A stretch of 47,176 nucleotides of DNA from Candidatus Daviesbacteria bacterium RIFCSPHIGHO2_01_FULL_40_11 (GTDB lineage: Bacteria > Patescibacteriota > Microgenomatia > Daviesbacterales > UBA10151), in the NCBI GenBank assembly GCA_001776635.1, contig MFCP01000004.1:1124-48299 (forward strand), read 5' to 3'. Below, in pieces: positions 44,684 through 47,176 of this stretch; position 1 is the first letter of the stretch, and every line of letters starts with the position of its first letter. The translations under genes and the position numbers were made by a program. Below the pieces are notes generated by a model. It was not told where the DNA came from and did no database searches. It saw only the letters and a program-made list of their open reading frames with translations.

Positions 44684-45448
44684 TTATAGTAGTGCCAGTC
44701 CCAAAATTCCCAAAACAGTAAGAACTGAACCAATAATGGCTAGCGTAAAAGTCAGCTGCGGTGTACCAGGTCCCTCACCGGTCTTGTCAACAAATTGATC
44801 AAGGGTTTTAGGTTGAGCCGGAGGAGTACCTACAACCACTGTCCCTTGTCTTCCTCCGGGGAATTGTGTTACCACAGTTCCAGAAGTCCCGGGTCCGATA
44901 GTTGGTGCAGGGGAAGTTTGAGCACCGCAAGATCCGGTTCCAATAATGTAATTGCCATTAACCACCGAACTTAAAAGATCCAAAATAGTCGCTCGCTCTA
45001 CCACGTTGGAATCGGTAGTTTTAGCCTTATTATTGGGATCGAAGTCAAAACTCACTTGAGTTACCCCAGTGGGCGCAGTGCTTTGAACTGTGAAGTTCAC
45101 CGTAGCCAAGGTACCTTTGCCGGAAAAAAACTTGTCTACAGAGGCAAGGCTTAGGATGCTAACTTTTCCGGTAGAATTATCTATAGTATTCCCGGGATAA
45201 TCAGGATAGATGATACCATTCGTGATGCTCTGAGCGGTCATCCTGGAGGGATCATATATTAAAATCGCATCGGTCCCGTCTGTCTGTCCACCTTGAGTAT
45301 CCAGGTTCACATTCAAGGAAAAGTTACAGCCTCGATTAAAAGTTCCGTTTACAGGATCCAATGATAAAGTAGCTGCCAGGGCCGAAGTAGGCAAACCCAT
45401 TGCAATAACGGTTATAAAAATTATAAAAATTATACTTTTAAACTTCAC
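44684..45448 (-). CDS. cohesin-like domain surface protein with signal peptide and C-terminal TM anchor
   Basis: 254 aa. Signal-like N-terminus, cohesin-type beta-sandwich pattern (LSLDPVNGTFNRGCNFSLNVNLDT...GTDAILIYDPSRM...GTLATVNFTV), a Pro/Gly/Thr linker, and a terminal hydrophobic helix. Confidence 0.5.
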   Translation of the reverse strand: MKFKSIIFIIFITVIAMGLPTSALAATLSLDPVNGTFNRGCNFSLNVNLDTQGGQTDGTDAILIYDPSRMTAQSITNGIIYPDYPGNTIDNSTGKVSILSLASVDKFFSGKGTLATVNFTVQSTAPTGVTQVSFDFDPNNKAKTTDSNVVERATILDLLSSVVNGNYIIGTGSCGAQTSPAPTIGPGTSGTVVTQFPGGRQGTVVVGTPPAQPKTLDQFVDKTGEGPGTPQLTFTLAIIGSVLTVLGILGLALL

Positions 45449-46116
45449 TTTATATTCAACTCCAAATTAGCTACACTGCCCAAAATATCCTTGGAAGTGA
45501 CGAAGTCCACTATATTGGAATCTGTTGTGACGCCTTCTTTAATAAAATCAATCGTCAAAGAGGTTCTTCCAGGTATCTTACCTCGTAAATTTAAGGTGGC
45601 AAATTGTCCTGTACCTGTAAAACCCTCATCTGAGCTACCTGTCCCTGAAATAGAAATCAAACCGGCCTCTGCATCCACAGCCATAAGCGGATACTCGTTC
45701 AGAATACCCCCTTTTGTTAACCCTGCCGTTGTTGCCTCTAAAGCTTTAGGATCAAAGCGAACTATTAAATCAACCCCATCGATTGTATGTGAACCTGTAT
45801 CAATCATTACAGAAACAGGCACTACTTCTGCAACTTGATAGTTTGTTTTAGGAGTTATTAAAGAAATTTTTCCAGCCGATAATTGAATACCGGCTCTGCT
45901 TTTGCCGGTGGGTGGGGGAGAGGGGGTAGGAGAGGTTAACACCTTAGCGGCATATACAACCTCTAATAAAACTACAATTCCCAGAATTGTAAAAATAATT
46001 TTTGGCCCGGAAAAAAGATTTTTAATTTTTTCCAACATTTGCCGCTTATTCGATTGACTGCTCATCCGGATATTTGTATAAACCTTTAAATTATCCATAG
46101 TTATAATGTAGTACAA
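45445..46116 (-). CDS. cohesin-like domain protein with N-terminal TM anchor
   Basis: 223 aa; the true start may be an internal Met. One TM segment, a PTPSPPP linker, and a cohesin-type pattern (VVPVSVMIDTGSHTIDGVDLIVRFDPKAL...GQFATLNLRG). Confidence 0.45.
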   Translation of the reverse strand: MYYIITMDNLKVYTNIRMSSQSNKRQMLEKIKNLFSGPKIIFTILGIVVLLEVVYAAKVLTSPTPSPPPTGKSRAGIQLSAGKISLITPKTNYQVAEVVPVSVMIDTGSHTIDGVDLIVRFDPKALEATTAGLTKGGILNEYPLMAVDAEAGLISISGTGSSDEGFTGTGQFATLNLRGKIPGRTSLTIDFIKEGVTTDSNIVDFVTSKDILGSVANLELNIK

Positions 46117-46143
46117 TTTTAAAACTTTTACCAGTCCGCGCCG

Positions 46144-47176
46144 TCATGGTGAAGGAGATGGACTTGGGCTGGGACTTAGGCTTGGACGGGGGGAGGGAGA
46201 AGCACCACCGCTAATAACAATTTGGCAAGTCGGGGCGGGAATTTCTGCTTGTGGGCCGGCCACAGGTTCCGGGTTATCACCGCTACAGGCAGCGTCAGGC
46301 ATTGATACCCTCATACAGGCCCAATCTATGGAGTTAACCCGGCAATCTTTGTTGAAATCCCCGGATCTTGTACAAACATCTTTGGTCAGACTAAACTGGG
46401 TATTTAGCTCACTTTTGTCAGGAGCGTTGATTTTCCCGTCTCCGGCAGCTGCCGGGAAAATATCCCCCACCGGCAGGACAAAACCGGAAATGTTAGTGGT
46501 ACCTTCCTCTGCTATGAACGAGATGCTTCTGCGCAAAGACTTAGGGGCTTTAAGTGACAGGATATATCTTTTACCTGCCTCTAATTTGACGTCTTTTAAG
46601 CCCTGAATCACACCATCTTTGTCAATACTCACTGTTTGTTTGATCAGTGTCCCTCCCTCAAAAGCGCCTGCCAAAACTAGCTCCACATTATCGGTCTGTT
46701 GGGCAAAAGGCTGCCGGCAAAAAATCCTGGCCCCCAAAGCAAGTTGCGAGATAGCACTGCAAGACCCTTCGGCACTTTGCCCGTCTTGAGTAGTCAAAGT
46801 CAGATTAAGCGTTTGTCCGGTCGGGGCATTTGGCCAGACTACTTTGATGCTACTATTTACCCATTCTCTCACTTCTTGCAAGTCAGCGCCGCCGCCTTTG
46901 ACTACTCCTTTAGTTGAACCGAAATTTTCCCCGGTCAAATTCAAAATGGCGTTGTTTCCCTCAAAATTTAAATCGCAGCCTGTGATTTTTGGCTCAGGAC
47001 CTAAAATCCTGATTTGGGCAGTACAATAGTCTTTATTTTCACCACAGGAAACTCGCTCATTGGAATCCTTGAACTGGACAAAGATAGATTTCACCCCGGG
47101 GGTGCTGTCTTTAAATTTAAAATCGTCAATTTTGATCGGTTCAGTATCATAGGGCTTCCACTCTGCGGCATTCAGC
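46144..47176 (-). CDS. secreted protein with dockerin-like EF-hand pair and C-terminal Ser/Pro repeat (5' partial, runs off the window)
   Basis: The reading frame stays open from the GTG at 47094 up to base 47176, so the gene is probably truncated by the window edge. Dockerin-like loops AAGDGKINAPD and GDFNKDCRVNSID lie at nt 46309-46470. The protein ends in SPSPSPSPSP. Confidence 0.5.
   Translation of the reverse strand, partial: LNAAEWKPYDTEPIKIDDFKFKDSTPGVKSIFVQFKDSNERVSCGENKDYCTAQIRILGPEPKITGCDLNFEGNNAILNLTGENFGSTKGVVKGGGADLQEVREWVNSSIKVVWPNAPTGQTLNLTLTTQDGQSAEGSCSAISQLALGARIFCRQPFAQQTDNVELVLAGAFEGGTLIKQTVSIDKDGVIQGLKDVKLEAGKRYILSLKAPKSLRRSISFIAEEGTTNISGFVLPVGDIFPAAAGDGKINAPDKSELNTQFSLTKDVCTRSGDFNKDCRVNSIDWACMRVSMPDAACSGDNPEPVAGPQAEIPAPTCQIVISGGASPSPRPSLSPSPSPSPSP

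Overview
Visibly AT-rich, very gene-dense bacterial window. It uses the standard genetic code: TGA terminates rpmF and nusB. The gene content suggests a small-genome, monoderm-like organism, probably Candidate Phyla Radiation/Patescibacteria (Microgenomates-like); this placement is inference only. Contents in order: (1) a membrane protein with two LCP-like domains, then a housekeeping block recG, rpmF, nusB, ACP-like, rnc, rpsP, KH protein, trmD. (2) A roughly 15-kb single-strand type IV pilus locus (8078-23008): pilB, pilT, pilC, pilin, pilD, further pilins and minor pilins, a giant PilX_N-type protein, pilM, pilN, pilO. No secretin gene is present in the window. (3) holB, gyrB and an orphan gene. 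(4) A peptidoglycan-precursor cluster: murC, a QueC-like PP-loop domain fused to MurD, alr, an alpha/beta hydrolase, murF and ddl. (5) def, a divergent ureohydrolase-like gene, gyrA, small membrane proteins, a P-type ATPase, a DUF360 protein and a Xer-type recombinase. (6) A cohesin/cohesin/dockerin-like surface module that runs off the 3' edge. No rRNA, tRNA, CRISPR array, transposase or reverse transcriptase was seen. Observations most worth follow-up: GC-rich palindromic elements sit in frame inside recG, holB and murC, and the holB and murC copies share an identical 19-nt core read in the same frame. The PP-loop/MurD fusion is a possible MurL-MurD2-type route to D-Glu. An ACP homolog lacks its phosphopantetheine-attachment serine. 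The expanded pilin set includes a large, possibly beta-solenoid-bearing tip-type protein. Many genes show a recurrent leaderless-type promoter geometry, with the -10 box 6-11 nt from the start codon. All calls come from reading the sequence and ORF translations by eye; no searches were run.
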